DNA from: Thelocarpon superellum
Lineage: Eukaryota
Length of the DNA stretch: 42,117 bases
Direction of reading: 5' to 3'
NCBI GenBank assembly: GCA_026025795.1
Contig: JAPEUG010000115.1
Span: 1-42,117, forward strand
Positions 11,202-24,300 of the stretch are shown here, in pieces; position 1 is the stretch's first letter; each line of letters starts with the position of its first letter. The notes beneath the pieces were generated by a model. It was not told the origin of the DNA. It saw only the letters and a program-made list of their open reading frames with translations, and did not search any database. The translations under genes were made by a program, and so were the position numbers.

Positions 11202-12443
11202 TCAGGTTGGTGAGCCAGCGGCTGCAGCGGCACCAGCCGTGGCGACGTCTGCCGCGGCAACCTCCTGGTCCACGAGTTCGTCGTCAATGAAGACCCCGAG
11301 ACCCGCAAACGCCTCCACCAGGCTCCGCGTGCAGTACTCCGCCACATCGTAGCCGCCCGCCGTGATGGTCAGATCCGTGCGGGCCCTAACGAGCCAGGGG
11401 TGCTCGTAGCGCTCTTGCAGGACAAAGTACTGCCGCGCGGTGGAGTACCCCCCGAAGGGGTCGAACGGCTTTTCGGGCTCCGGCGCCACGGCAGGCTTAA
11501 GGCCCTTAATGTAATAGGACGGCGCTTCGGACACGTTGGCTGTGGCCGTGGCGCCATTCGCGGGCGGGCCGTCCAGATGCTTTGCGTGCGGGACCGGGAC
11601 AGCGCGCCGGGCCGAGCTGCGTTTCAAAATGACCTTCTGGCCCTCGCGAGCAATCTGCTGTGCGTCTCCGTCGCCGTGGGCGAGCTGATCCAGCACTTCG
11701 CGCTTGCCCTCGAGTTTCTCTTTTCGTTCTTCCTCTTCTTCGCGCCGGGCGGCCTCTCGTCGCAAGCGGGCTTGCTCCCGCTCAGCCTCGGAGCGGGCCG
11801 CGTTCGACTCGGACTCGTGCCGTTGGAGCGCGATGTTGTGTGAGATCGATGCGGCATTTTGCGAGGCGTAGGCGGCGAGTTTCACTTCCGTGTCGGCCAC
11901 GTCCACGCCATTCAGCAGATTGAACGTGACCGTCTCGACCTCTTCGAGGTAGTCATTGTAGGCGAGGAGAGAGGTAAAGTCTTCCGGCCGCCGGTTGAAT
12001 CTAGACCCAGGTCGTGCTCAGCATGGTGGAAAGGTTCAAAGTGACGGCGGTGTAGACGTACATGGTCGCCACACGCTTTCGCACATCCACCTCCTTCTCC
12101 ACATGGATATCCTCAAAGGTCTGTTTGCGAAACCGTTGCTTCCGCAAGGTGCGGTGACAGCCGGCGACCGGGCAGGGGGCGGGACCATGGGCGAAGATGC
12201 GGTCCACACAGGACTCGCACATCTTATGGTAGCATTCCGGGTTGACGAGGAAGCGCATATTCGGGTTGAGATAGCGTGAGGACTTGCATACTGGGCAGAT
12301 ATCTGCAGGGGGCACACGGTGGCGTTAGTGACGGTGAGACGACCAGCACATTGGGGTCTACGGTGGACGAGGCGGAACGAACCATCTTCGACCGCTGATG
12401 GGCGGTCAAGACCGGCGCTGCTGCGGCGAGCTGGACCGGCCAT
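11202..12443 (-). CDS. TFB3: CDK-activating kinase assembly factor MAT1 / TFIIH subunit Tfb3
   Basis: RING CPVCKSSRYLNP..CYHKMCESCVDRIF..CPVAGC; QTFEDIHVEKEVDVRK; YNDYLEEVE; C-terminal AGGY..RSL.EAF.GL. Introns 12382-12303 and 12061-12001. Confidence 0.95.
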
Positions 12444-12539
12444 CCTGGGCGGCTCGAGGCGCTGAGGCCGACGAGGTCGGATGACGGTGACCGGGTGAGG
12501 GAGCGGTGGGGCGACAGGGAAGAAACAGGAGCAACAAAA

Positions 12540-12580
12540 GCTACGAGGCTACGAGCTACGAGCTACGAGCTACGAGCTAC
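12540..12580. repeat. Tandem 7-mer GCTACGA x~5.5 about 100 bp upstream of the TFB3 start
   Basis: gctacgag gctacga gctacga gctacga gctacga gctac. Confidence 0.9.
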
Positions 12581-13036
12581 TGACCGGGAGCTACGGTAAC
12601 ATACCGTCCTCGCACTATCCGCAGGAACGGATGCGGGAGCCTCGTACTCGATCGGCGCGATAAAGAGCTGACGTCTTGACGATCGTGGCATCTGCGACCA
12701 GCGAGCGGACGAGTAGCATGCTACGCAGTTCGTGCAGTTAACGACGGGTCCTCGCAACTTACTGAACCATGTCACTCCCGTCGAGCTGGCCGTGCACGGC
12801 ACGGAGCTGCCGCGGCTCAAAAGCGGCGAGACGGCTCTACTGCCGCCACTCGCCCGACACGTGTTCCCAGGCCGAAGTTGGCCCCGCCTCACGGCCGCCC
12901 TAAGTCAGCCCTCGTTCCCTGATAGCGAAGCTCGCCCGCCGGGCTTGGAGCCTTGCTGGCTTTCCGCCTGCCCTCGTTGCCGAGCTGCTGCCAACCTTTA
13001 CCCACACCAACTCGCCTCGACGTCCCCCCATCACGT

Positions 13037-13046
13037 AAAAATTTCA
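13037..13046 (-). promoter_or_regulatory. RRPE-like element (TGAAATTTTT) just upstream of BUD27
   Basis: AAAAATTTCA on + in GC-rich context, ~15 nt before the ATG; function inferred only. Confidence 0.3.
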
Positions 13047-13060
13047 CTGTGCCCCTCGCC

Positions 13061-15042
13061 ATGGCCGCTGCCAACCTGTCAGACCTCGAGCGACGTCGCA
13101 TGCAGCTTCAAGGCCACGTCGATAAGCTGCAGGAGTCACTCCAGCACTGGCAAACATGGGACAACGAGTACGAGGTTTTGAAGGAAGAGCTGCTCAGTCT
13201 CGATGGACCGCCGACGAGCGAAGACCTGGTAGGCGTGACCCCTGGCTCCCATGTGAGAGCAGCGTTCCTGACACGGTTCATTGCTTAGGTCGCGCTCGGT
13301 CGCGATATGGGTGGAACGCTGGTCAATGAACGAGGTAGGGTGACGTGACGCCATGGGGTCCGACCACGACTAATGGGTAAAAGAAATCCGCGAGTTGCTG
13401 GGCAGTTTACACGGCAGTCGACGTTCCGTCACTCAAGTGGCAGATGTCTTGTCACGACGCATCGATTGTATGTGTCGGCTCAACCCCAGACACCGGCTCG
13501 CCCCATGTGACCCTGGCTCACCAGAAACAGACGTGCATCGGAATGTGGAAACGATCGAGCGCCAGCTGAATCATGCCGAAGGCGAGCTGCACGAGCTGAA
13601 CACCTCATATAAACCTGGCGATCCGCTCCCACAGACGACGATTGTGGAAGGGCTTGATGCCGATGGGAACGTAATATGTGAACCGATGCCCTACAATATC
13701 CATTTTGCGGAGGCTGACGTCTGGTTTAGGGAGTCATACCTCGACTGAAGGAGCCGCTGCTTCGCAAATACTTGACCTTCTGGAGGAAATTGATCGCCAG
13801 GATCCAGGGGCGTCGTCAGGAACGCGTGAACCAAGTGCTGGCCATGGCCGAGTTCAACCCGTCCCTGGCCAAAGCCGGCGACCAGAAGATGCTACCCAAG
13901 GTCCAGAAGCCTGCGCCACCCCCGCACCTGGAGACGCCCGAAGGCAGCAGCCACAAGTAGACTCTTCTACCGCCAAGATGGGCTCGGTGGCCGGAGGTCA
14001 TCTCCACGACGTGGATGCAACGGCAGCGTCTGATGCTCCAATCATCCCCAGTGATGAACCCGCCGAGGACGCAGCGTTGCGGAAGGAGATGCTTCAGTAC
14101 GGGCTCTCGGAGGTGAGTGCGGTCGTGGCCGAACTGGAACTCGACGAGGAAGATCTTGGGTCGACGAGCGACGGCGAGTACCGAGGCGAAAACGAGGATG
14201 AGATTGAGGACGATGACGAGGACGAGGAGGAAGACGAAGACGAAGACGAAGACGAAGACGAAGACGAAGACGAAGACGAGCATGGTCGGACGACAAGGAG
14301 AGTCGTTAGCGATCGATACCGCGCGGAAATGGAGGCGTTACAGGAGAAACTCAATGTTCAATCGCTCCGCAACGTAGGTCCTGACCCATCAGCGTCCACT
14401 GTGGATAGTACCGTGGTTGCGTCTCCCGTTGTCGACGACGCGAAGAGCTCCAACGTCATCAGCGATGGTCGAAAAAAGAAAGGCGTCCGATTTGCAGCGG
14501 AGCTTGATGTGGCTCCAAAGACACGTGAACCGAGCCAAAATCCAGCGATTCCAGCAATCCATGCACCAGTCGTCGAACGCGTCAAACTGCCCACGTCCCA
14601 AACATTACCGGCGCCACGGTCTCCTGGGAGGGTGTCTCGGTTCAAGTCATCACGAGCTTCGCCATCAGCATTGAGCCTTCCCAAGTCCGAGTCACCCTCC
14701 GCCTCCCCTTCCGTTCCAACCATGACGCATCCACTCGCACCGGTGGTCCAAGAGCGACAAGCCCCCCGAGTCGTCGCTGCCCCACAAAACCCAGATTATA
14801 TCAACGAGGACGACTCGGATGACGACACCTCGACCCTCGACGATAACATCCATAAACAGCAAGTCGCGACACAGTACTACGCTCAGCGCAATCGGCTCAT
14901 CCAGAAACAAGGCGGATTCGTGGCGCCCGACAGACAGACCCAAGCTCGCGTGCCTCTAACCGAGGACGAAGGTGGACGACCCGCACGAAAAGTAAGCCGC
15001 TTCAAAGCGGCACGGCTAGGTGGTGGCAGTGGAGGAGAATAG
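13061..15042 (+). CDS. BUD27: Unconventional prefoldin URI/Bud27 homologue
   Basis: N-terminal prefoldin helices (LQHWQTWDNEYEVLKEEL; LSRRIDYVHRNVETIERQL), acidic tract, KKGVRFA and C-terminal KVSRFKAAR. Introns 13229-13288, 13335-13383, 13468-13530 and 13678-13729. Confidence 0.85.
14231..14280 (+). repeat. (GAAGAC)n coding repeat, poly-ED tract of Bud27
   Basis: aagacgaagacgaagac... in frame as EDEDEDED. Confidence 0.9.
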
Positions 15043-15337
15043 CCAATGCGAGTATCTCAATTTGCGACTTGCACGGTTTAGAGATAAAGGAGGGGATGGT
15101 GGATGGGTTAGTGGGTTGGAGGTTGGATGGATGACAGGAGTCCCAAAAACGCTCTGCTTTTCGTCAACTATTTTCTTTCGTTACCTCATGCGTTTTCTAC
15201 TTCTTGTCTTCAGCGAGCCAGCGAGCATGTGACATTATCTTATGTGACTGGTTATGATGTGGTGCGATGTGGTACGACGTGGTGAGATGTGGCTGTTTTT
15301 GACTGCTCGCTTTGCAGACCCATGCTTGTGCTCATCA

Positions 15338-15385
15338 CGCTCGTGCTCGTGCTCATGCTCGTGCTCGTGCTCATGCTCGTGCTCG
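15338..15385. repeat. Hexamer (TGCTCR)n x~8 between the convergent BUD27 and IKS1 3' ends
   Basis: cgctcgtgctcgtgctcatgctcgtgctcgtgctcatgctcgtgctcg. Confidence 0.9.
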
Positions 15386-15762
15386 TAGGTGAGTATATAG
15401 GTGATTCTGATCATGACCATAGATAGAGCTGTCGCTGCACTCACTACCTTGCATTGCGCTAGGCTACGTCCGTTCGACTGTCCGTCTTACTCCTTTTTTA
15501 TCCTTTGTATCCTTCATGCGTCGTCCTCGAAGCCCACACGGTACATCCCTTGTGGTGTGGATCGGGCTGCAGCATCATAGGTCGTCAGTGTCCTTTTTGC
15601 CCTCCTCCCCGTCTATAGTTCCGTTCTTTTCCTTTCCTTTTTCCAGTTCTGGACACCGGTGCAAGAACTGAGTGCCTTCCATACCGTACCCTACCCTACC
15701 CAGTGAGAATCAATACATTGGACGGAGTGTGGAATGAGTACACGTCAGACGTCAGACGTCAA

Positions 15763-17891
15763 TCAATCATCCCGCCAGTGCGCCGTCGATCGACAGAGAA
15801 CTTCCCAGTGGCCTGCGCAGAAAAGCACGATGACGTGGACCAGGGCCAGAAGGAGCGTGAGGCCGCGATGCCAGCCGCGCAGGGCGAGATCCAGTACGGC
15901 CAGTCCGAGCAGCGAGTAGAAGATGGGCGTGCTGACTGCAAAGGGCGCGCATGCCTGCTGCATCGAGAAGACTTTGGTCATGATCAGGACCGCCTGGAGC
16001 ATATTATGTGCCGATGGGAGCGTGTGATGTAGGGAGGAGCGGAGGCGCGAAAGCGTGGTAGGCGCGTGTCGAGGGCTGGGATGCGTGGTGGGGATCGGGG
16101 AGGGGTGCTTCTTGCGCAGGACGAGGCTCGATGCCACTGATGGGTCTTCGGTGTCAGACGTCCGCTCGTCCGAGGGGATCGTGTCGGTGAGGTCGGGACC
16201 GAGGGTGAGTGGACGGAGTTTGGACGAGCCGGGACGCACGAGGCCCGTCGTGTTCGACGTTCGTCGCCCTTGCCAGTGCCCGACGGGCGTGCCCGGTGGT
16301 GGAGTGTCGAGCGAGGAGATGCGCGGTCCAGTACGAATATCTTCAAATACACTGGACGAGTTGCCATGGTGCGCGGGCAGACCGTCGCCGACGCCGGTGC
16401 CGGTGCTGATGCCGCGGAGAATGTCTTCGGCGCTTGGTCGGGCGGCGGGTTCGGCGGAGAGCAACCGCTTCAAGAAGCGATACAGCTGGTCGGGTAGATC
16501 TGAGCGCGCTCGCGTCTCGTCTTCGAAGCCGCGCCAGGCGCTGATCTCGTCGCGCAGCTGCTCCAGGTCTTCGTTCTCTTCGTGCAGGTTGTCTGCGTTG
16601 GTGTAGGGGAGGCGACTGAAGCACATAAAGTAGAGGATCATGCCAAGGGAGAAGATGTCCGACTTGTCTGTAAAGTCTCCGAGCTGGCCGCCGCTGGGGT
16701 CCTGCCGGAGCACTTCCGGGGCGCAATACGAGATGGTCCCTGTCGCTCCGGACGATGTTCGACCTTTGCTGGCTTCTTGAGCTTCGCCAAAGTCACTGAC
16801 TAGCACCCGCACATCCGTTCCGGTCTTGTGAAGCAGGCAGTTGCTTGGCTTGAGGTCGCGATGGATGAAGCCGTTGCGGTGGAGATAGCTGAGGCCCGAC
16901 GTGATGTCCTTGAAGAAGGAGTAGATCTCGTCAAAGGAGAGACCACGAAGGTGGGTCACCTCCTCGGCACGGTCCCGATGGCCGTGAGACCGCCGTCGAT
17001 ACTCATTCTTGCGCTGTTCCGTGGTCGCCGGCGTGGTGGGCCGACACACGTACTGAAGAAGGTCGCCGGTGTTGCAGTACTGCTGCAGGATGAAGGCACA
17101 GGGCACGCTTGGGCCAAAAGTCGTCAGCTGTACGTCTTCCAGCCAGACGTGGCGATACGACACCAGGTTCTGGTGCGAGAGCTGTTGCAACAGCACGACC
17201 TCGACCAGTACCTTCTTCAACCATTCATGATCATCTCCCACCGGCACTCGCTTGCACGCAAAGTCCCCCAGGAAGACGCCGTCGAGATAGTGCTTCACCA
17301 ACAGCACCACTCCTTTCCCTCCCTTGCCCAAGACACTCTGCTCCACGAAGAAGCGCTGGAAATAATCCTGACAAAATGCCGCGGATGAGATGCCGGGTGT
17401 GGGCGACGGAGTCGAGGGGCCCGCAGCCGGCTCGACATGGCTGGCCTGACGCGAGGTGGTGCGCTCGCCCGCTTCGATTGGCTGGGCCAGGCGGCGACGA
17501 GGAGAAGGTGGGGAGGCTCGATCGACGGGGCCGTTGGGATACGTTTGAAGCCGGCGAAAGTACTCTGGGCTCACAAAATTGGCCTCGACGTTCTCCGCCG
17601 CGTCTCGTTGTGGCGCATCTCGATCATGGGAAGCTTCAGCCAGGGGTCGATGACAGTACGGACAGCTGCTGGAGGCGAGGTCGATTGAGCTGGAGCTCGG
17701 CGTGCCTCGCAGTACCAGCTGGCGTGACGCTGGATCGTATACGACGACAGCGTTGTTGTGACGTCTGTAGAGGATGTTAGCACGCGCGTCCCGCAGATCG
17801 TGCAACATGACACGCACAGAATGATGCTGTTTCGGTCATTGATAGAGTACGGAACGAGCGACAGGTCGCGCGACGGCAATGGGTCCGCCAT
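15763..17891 (-). CDS. IKS1: IKS1-family Ser/Thr protein kinase with hydrophobic C-terminal tail
   Basis: Exon 1 MADPLPSRDLSLVPYS.., then an intron at ~17817-17767 (GTGCGT..CTAAC..CAG). Kinase motifs GKGGKG, ACKRVPVGDDHEWL, HRDLKPSN, DFG, GATGTISYCAPE; SLVPY/CPYC N-terminus typical of fungal IKS1. Confidence 0.88.
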
Positions 17892-18645
17892 GTGGAGGCA
17901 CGTCAATGGACGAGACTGGCTGCACCCCGCGAATCTCCCACGGCGGGCATCGAGGTTGGACCTATCCCATAGCCATCCTGGCACGAAGGTCTTTTCCTAC
18001 ATGTAAAGGTGATGGGCACACGGGGAGAATGCCGTACGAAACTAAGTAGAATGTTGACCATCCCGCTGTTACTCTTGGTGGCGGTGGCGCTTCCGAACAA
18101 TCTGATGCGCCGCGTCGAAGCGAAAAGCGAAGTCATTCATCACCTGGTGACTACCTGGTACTGGTGCTCATAGCGAGCATTGGGGAGAGCCCCACGATCT
18201 GACGAGCGAAGTGAGCCTTGGATCCAGCAGGCTATACGCAGGGGCCTCCAGGGTTTATGCGGTAGCGAGATGGACTAAAGCACCTCCACGACTCCGGGCA
18301 CATTGGGTTATCGGAAGAGCGTCTCTGATTATTGTATGGGTCTTCTCTACGTCAAGCTGCGGCAGTAAATAAATACCATACGCTACCAGGGGCGCGTCGG
18401 TTTCCGGACGGACAAGTTTTCAAAAACAATCCGCGTTCTCTGATGCTGCGACAACAACGGAGAAACTACTCCGGGGACTCTTCGAAAAACCTTCATCCCC
18501 AAAGGCGCACATGATCGCCGGTAGCTGAAGTAACTGCATTCCACTCATCAAAACAACCTAGAAGGGTGTTTCGGAGATAAACGTTGTTCGAATCCTCGAT
18601 CCGTGCAGTGGTGCAAGACGTAATGGTAAACATGCTCCTGCGCTC

Positions 18646-20460
18646 CTAATCAAGTTCCTCAAATCGACCCTCATCGATTGCCTGCTCCACAGGGTTCTTG
18701 ACGTCAATGATTCCCGTCTTCTTCAGCCTGCCGCGCAGTGAGTACCACACTTATCTGGCGTCCCACGGACAGGATGAACGAACCTTTCGAAGAGGATGAA
18801 TAGTCTCTCCGCCTCTCGCTCCTTTTCTTCGTCCGTCATCTCGAGGAGATCGACTGGCTCCTCCGCGCTGATCCGCTGACCCGTGATGGGATTGATTGGA
18901 GCCGAGCTGCTGCTGCTGCTGCCACTCGCTTCGCCTCCTGTGTGAGGGGGACGCGCGCTTGGGTCGCGCAAGGCTTGGTCCGGAATCGGAAGATTGTGGG
19001 TCATGAGGTAACCAGATGCGTAGCCGTAGCCCACATTGTGAACGAATGTCTCAGCATCCTTGTTCGAGAGCTCAAACAGCAACGCGGACAAATTGTCGCG
19101 TAAGCTAGGCAGCATGGCCGAGGTAGTGAGCCGGAGCAGGCGCGACGGGAGGGTGTCGGACTTGCCCAGGGGCTGGTTTCGCTCCTCGTCGGATGGCAGG
19201 AGCTGTGCCTGTAGCAAGCTCTGCAGCGGCCCCGGCGCCATCTCATAGATTTTCCGAAGCAGCGTCACTAGCGGTGCCGCCGTCTGGTCGAGTTCCTGTT
19301 CTGGGTAGTCATTGATGGACTGCGAGAGGATCTCGATAAGTCGCCGGGTGACCAGCTGCTGGTCCAGCTCCGGAATCGCGAGAGTCTGATCGCCCTCGCC
19401 AGCGGACGGAGGCTCGATGTCGAGATTGATCAGTGCATTAATCAGGGACGTGATGGGCCGTTGGAGAGGGGGAGATGGGATCGCATGTTGGCTCAAGATA
19501 GCCAAGATGGGTAACATGGAGGGCGCAAAGGCCGAGGTACGGCCCGGACAGAAGTGGGTGACATTGAACAGCAGCGTGAGCGTCTCTGACAGTGCCATCT
19601 CTTCTTCTGCGGTGGCCGCCTCCGAGTCGTCATCCGTACTCGTGTCGGAGATGTTCCCGTCACCATAGCGCTGTGCATGGCGGGAAATGTTCTTCAGAGA
19701 TCAGAATGAGCCCATACCTCGTGCACGTACAGAGGTCCCCTACCGTGTTAATGGCACTCGCCAGGCCGTCTTGGTCGATGAGCCCGGATAAATCCAAGTT
19801 GGTGCCATAGGTCAGAAGGAAGAGGAGGCGTGAGAAGAGAAATTCTTCGTCATCGTCGGCGTGCTGCGCTCCATCAGACGTGGTCCTCTTTGCCAAAGGT
19901 TGGAACAAGGGCTCACCTGCAGTCGCCGAGCTGCTTTTCCAGCAAAGCCGACATCGACCAGCATTTGCCGGGTGGCGGGGGCCAGGATTAAGGCATTGAC
20001 GAGACAGCGAAGGGCCTCTAGTGAGGAGGGCGGGTCGTCATCATTGGCATCGACGCCGTGGCCTGTCAATGTGTGAACACCCTGACTCGTCGCGGTTGGT
20101 CAGCTTCTCTGCTGCCGTTGAGCCATGGGTGGGATTCACACCTCAGCCGTGAAGATCGGACCCGCATCGCCGACCTTACGTCCATGGACCTTGAGCTGTT
20201 GGAGGCTGTCAAGCCGCGCTGACGATGACCAGTTAGTGGACGAAGGATGACGGGTCCCGAACATGAGCAAGCGTACCAGACGCGGAAAGGTTTCGCTCAG
20301 TCAGGTCGAGTCGGAGCTCAGACAAGAGGTTTGCTACCTGCGTTCGCGTGGCTGTTCATGAGCGATGACCATTCAAAGAAGCCTGATCGGCCCGGCACAG
20401 CAACCTACCATCCTGAGCGGCACCCGCCTGGGAAGCGGTTGTATTTGCACGGGCGGACAT
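18646..20460 (-). CDS. RIC8: Ric-8/synembryn G-alpha guanine nucleotide exchange factor
   Basis: EALRCLVNAL, EFLFSRLLFLLTY, VGYGYASGYL, INPITGQ, EMTDEEKEREAERLFILFERLKKTGIIDVKNP. Six GT-AG introns reconstructed; first exon (ATG 20460) less certain. Confidence 0.92.
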
Positions 20461-21128
20461 GATTTAAAGGTGGCCAAGTTGGCCGTCCATGACGTGGAGA
20501 AGGAAGAGGGACGATTTCAATCTTCCATCACACGATTATTTGACAGGTAGCTACGCATCCAAGCCAGGTAGCTACCATCTTCTGTTAGCGGTAGTCAACT
20601 AGGAACCTAATGTAAGCTGTCTGACTGTGAGCCATGCGAGGCAATGGCTACCCCACTTTTACGAGTACGGCGCAGTTTCCGTGCACTGCCCGCGCGGTGC
20701 TCGAGCAGTGCGTGCTTGGTCTCCATCATTCGCCACAGCAACGTGCTTCTCCTCAGGCTACGACTGGATCGCGGGCAATGTTCCTGGATGGCGACATCTG
20801 ATATCAGCCTGCACGTGGATACACGTCCCCTCCGACACGCTCCCAGTATGATTGAGGTGAAGTGCGCTAAGCAGAAAGACGTGAGTGGCTGGCGGACGGG
20901 CGCGCAAGGGCCAGTGCTACGAATGGCGCTTCCGGGGGGTCGCGTCCGCCGTAGCCAGAGCGCGTCGCAGATCGCGTTAAGTGGAGGTCGACGTCGGAGC
21001 TGCACGACCGTGTATCACACCGCGCAGGGACCAGCCAGACGAATACTCGTCCTCGTCTTGGGCGGGTAAAGGACGTCGTGACTTTCGGATCTCCATCGGA
21101 GGACTGGCAGCGCCTCCCTTCCATCCTC

Positions 21129-21134
21129 ACGCGT
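21129..21134. promoter_or_regulatory. MCB element (ACGCGT) upstream of RIF1
   Basis: Exact ACGCGT ~230 bp before the RIF1 ATG, with more CGCG cores nearby. Plausible for a replication gene but expected by chance at this GC content. Confidence 0.3.
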
Positions 21135-21358
21135 TATCTCATGGCTCGATGATTTGGTTTGCTACCTTGTTCACCGTCGTCGTCCATGTGGTCTCGGTCT
21201 CGGTACGCGCTGCTTCATAGCTGAGCATTGTCGGGACGACCATCCGGTCGACCAGTGGCCATTGGTCACCACCGTGGCCCTGCCTGCGTGGTGTCCGCCC
21301 TGGTGAAGTCATTGCCTCTTCCCCTAGAGCGTTGGGGTACCATGCTCGCCCTCTCATC

Positions 21359-24300
21359 ATGGATGCCCTCACTGCTCCTTCCCGCCGCCTCGACGCCCTT
21401 CCGACCCGGCCGCCTACGCCACCGCGTGAATCCATCACCGGATCTCGCAAACGGGCTGCCTTGGAAGACCTCTCTAACTCATCCTCTCCGCTACCCTCCT
21501 CCGCCGCCTTTACCTTGACGCCGCCCGACCAATCCCCTTCACCATCTGTGGCGGCAGCCCCCATGACGGCCGAGAAGACGCGGAAACGCGTGGAGTGGTC
21601 CCCGTGGACCAACTATCACAAAGCCCCCACTTTTGCTACCGCCACTTTTCCCCAGTTGCAAGCCTCCCTGAAGCCCTTACCCCCGTCGAGGGATCGCAAG
21701 TGCTCGCGCTCCATCCTCAAGCCCTTTGATCCCACGGCCTCTCCCACCCTGGCCCCGGCCACAAAGTCATCGGGCCTGAGCGCACCCCTGGACACCATGC
21801 TGGAATCCGCGACCAAGCAACTGGCTGGTCCTACCCGCACCGCCCGCATTGACGCGTATCTGGCTCTCTCTGGCGCCTTGAAGTACTTCGATCCACTGGC
21901 CTCGTCACGAGCCCTCGTAGCCAAGATGGATATCTTCATGCAATTCATTCGACGCGATCTCCTGGCCACGATGCCGACATATGGCGGCATCGACACCAAC
22001 CTCATCTTGCAGGCCCTTAAACTCCTCGTCATCTTCTTGTCCACTCCGCCCATGGCGGCACATCTCGATGACGACTTCCGTGCCTTCTTGCTGGATCACG
22101 CGACGGCCGTGCTGGGCGACGGGCACGCGCCCAAGATGCTCATCACGCACTATATGCACGTTTTGAGCCTACAGGAATTTGCCCCCAAGGTCATGACGCC
22201 CGATCGCGCCAGTCATATCATCGCCAGACTAGCCGTGGTGGACGGGCATGTGAAGGGCAACGCCATCGTGGGCGAGCGAATCCTCATCTTCCACCGCCTT
22301 CTGCGGCAAGTGCCTGGAGTCATGGCCGCCCGGCCAGAGTCATGGATGTCCCATCTATGGGCCGCCTTGCTGAGCCCACTTAAGGAGGTTCGATCGCGTG
22401 CCATTGCCTTTGGAATTCAAGTGGGCATCGACCTGGGCAACGTCGGCCAAGTGTCTCGCACACTAAAGGACATGTTCAACCGCCGGCAGGGTGACGATAT
22501 CCTCCTGGCCGAGGTCCAGCGCCGCCTTGAGGTCCTGATCGCTGCCCGTGAGGATGCTCCACACGTCCCCCAGATCTGGAGTGTCGCCGTGTTGCTATTG
22601 CGGAGCCGTTCCCAAGAGCTCGAGCATTGGGCGCACATGAAGCCCTGGCTGCTCATCATTCAAAAATGCTTCAACTCCACCGACGTCGCGACGAAGCACC
22701 AGGCCAATCTCGCCTGGAGCCGCCTCATATTCGCCATTCACCCCAACCTGGACACCAGTCTCTCCATGGTGAAGATGCTGCGCCAACCCATCATCGGCCA
22801 ACTGGATCGAAAGACGACCGACCGCCAGCCGCGGTCTGCTCGTCCCGTCGCGCTCTCCTCTCTATGCACCCTGCTCTACTACGCCCTCCGGCCCGCTCCC
22901 ACCTCGGCCCATCTGGACGTCTACTGGGAACAATATGTCAGTCATGTCGTTGGCAGGTCCCTCCTGGGAGGAGCTGCCGATGTCGAGTACGGCTGCAACC
23001 TGCTGACCCATCTCTTGGACTGCACCGCCTCGAAGCCGTGGAGCGACAATCGGGCCAACGAGGCCGGCGCCATCAGACCCGAAGAGTTGCCTGCGCTGGA
23101 TCCGAAGTGGGTGAGATCCCACGCGCCAGCAGTTCTTGCCACGCTCGAGATCGCCTTGCACAAAGCGGCCGCCTCCTCCATCTCTCCCGCTGAGACGACG
23201 GTAGGGAAGATGTGGCAGCGGTTTGTCGATACCCTGGTCCTCGCTAGCAGCAAGGAGATCAAAATCTCCTACGATCAGATGAGTGCACTTGCCCACATCC
23301 TCAACCTGCTGGAGCGCTTGTGGAGCGAAGGCCTGACTATCGTGACGCCATCTGCCGACGTGGCGACCGCGGAGGATCAATTCTATGCGCGCTTCGGCTT
23401 TCTGGTTCGGTCCACGCTCGAGGGCTTTGGCGCACGATGCTGGACCGATCAACTTCTCACCCGCAACGCCAATGGCGTCCTGGAGGCTGTTGACAGTGCC
23501 GCTCATCGCTCCTGTAAACCCTCCCAGAAGGCGTTGCGTGCGCCCATCCTCCACTTCGTGGAGATGTACCGCCGGAGCCCGACCACCCTCTCGGCGACAC
23601 CACGGAAGATCGAGGTGCTCCAGTGCGCCATTCAGACCTGCCTTCGTTCCCGCGACTCCATATCGGCGCAGATGCAGCTCCTACATGAAGCCGCGCGTGT
23701 CCTGTCGGTTGACGACGATAGCCAGACAATAGCCTCGGCGGGGTGGCAGATGCTCTCCGAACTCGGTCGGGCCAAACTGGCACAGGTGGGCATCGAGCAA
23801 GTGCATCATCTGCGAGAGCCCACCGATTTGACCTGGGCCAGTGCCGTGGGCATACTCGAGTGCGTGTCCGGCGCTGAAGACACACACGTCTTGTCGTCGT
23901 GGATGACACTGTGTACGAGCCTGATCGACGCTGCCTCGAAGCTCTCGAGCTACCACACTGTTCACAAGATCGTGACCCTATTAGCGGAGTCCTTAGGCCA
24001 GCGAGGGAAAGCCGACCCCACCTGTTCCTCCATGGCTTACCTTTCGCATCTCATCCGCAGCATCCCCGCGGGGTTTGACACGTCTCCTCTCAAGAAAGGT
24101 CGGACTTCGCTGACGGCTGAATCTCCAATGCTCGACCCTTTCACCCGGCTGCTTCAGGTCATGGACGAGGCTGTGAAGAGGTCATACGACTTATTGCAAC
24201 CCGGTGATGTGCTTCCTGCGTCCGCGGCGAGCCCTGCATTGACGTTACTATCTTCGGTGACCATGTTCATTGGAAGCCGTGACGGGCCTATGGTCCTCTC

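Noticed and set aside
15235..15444. ORF with HEHEHE repeat
   Set aside because: Translation of the hexamer microsatellite in a 3' intergenic region; no ATG context or homology.
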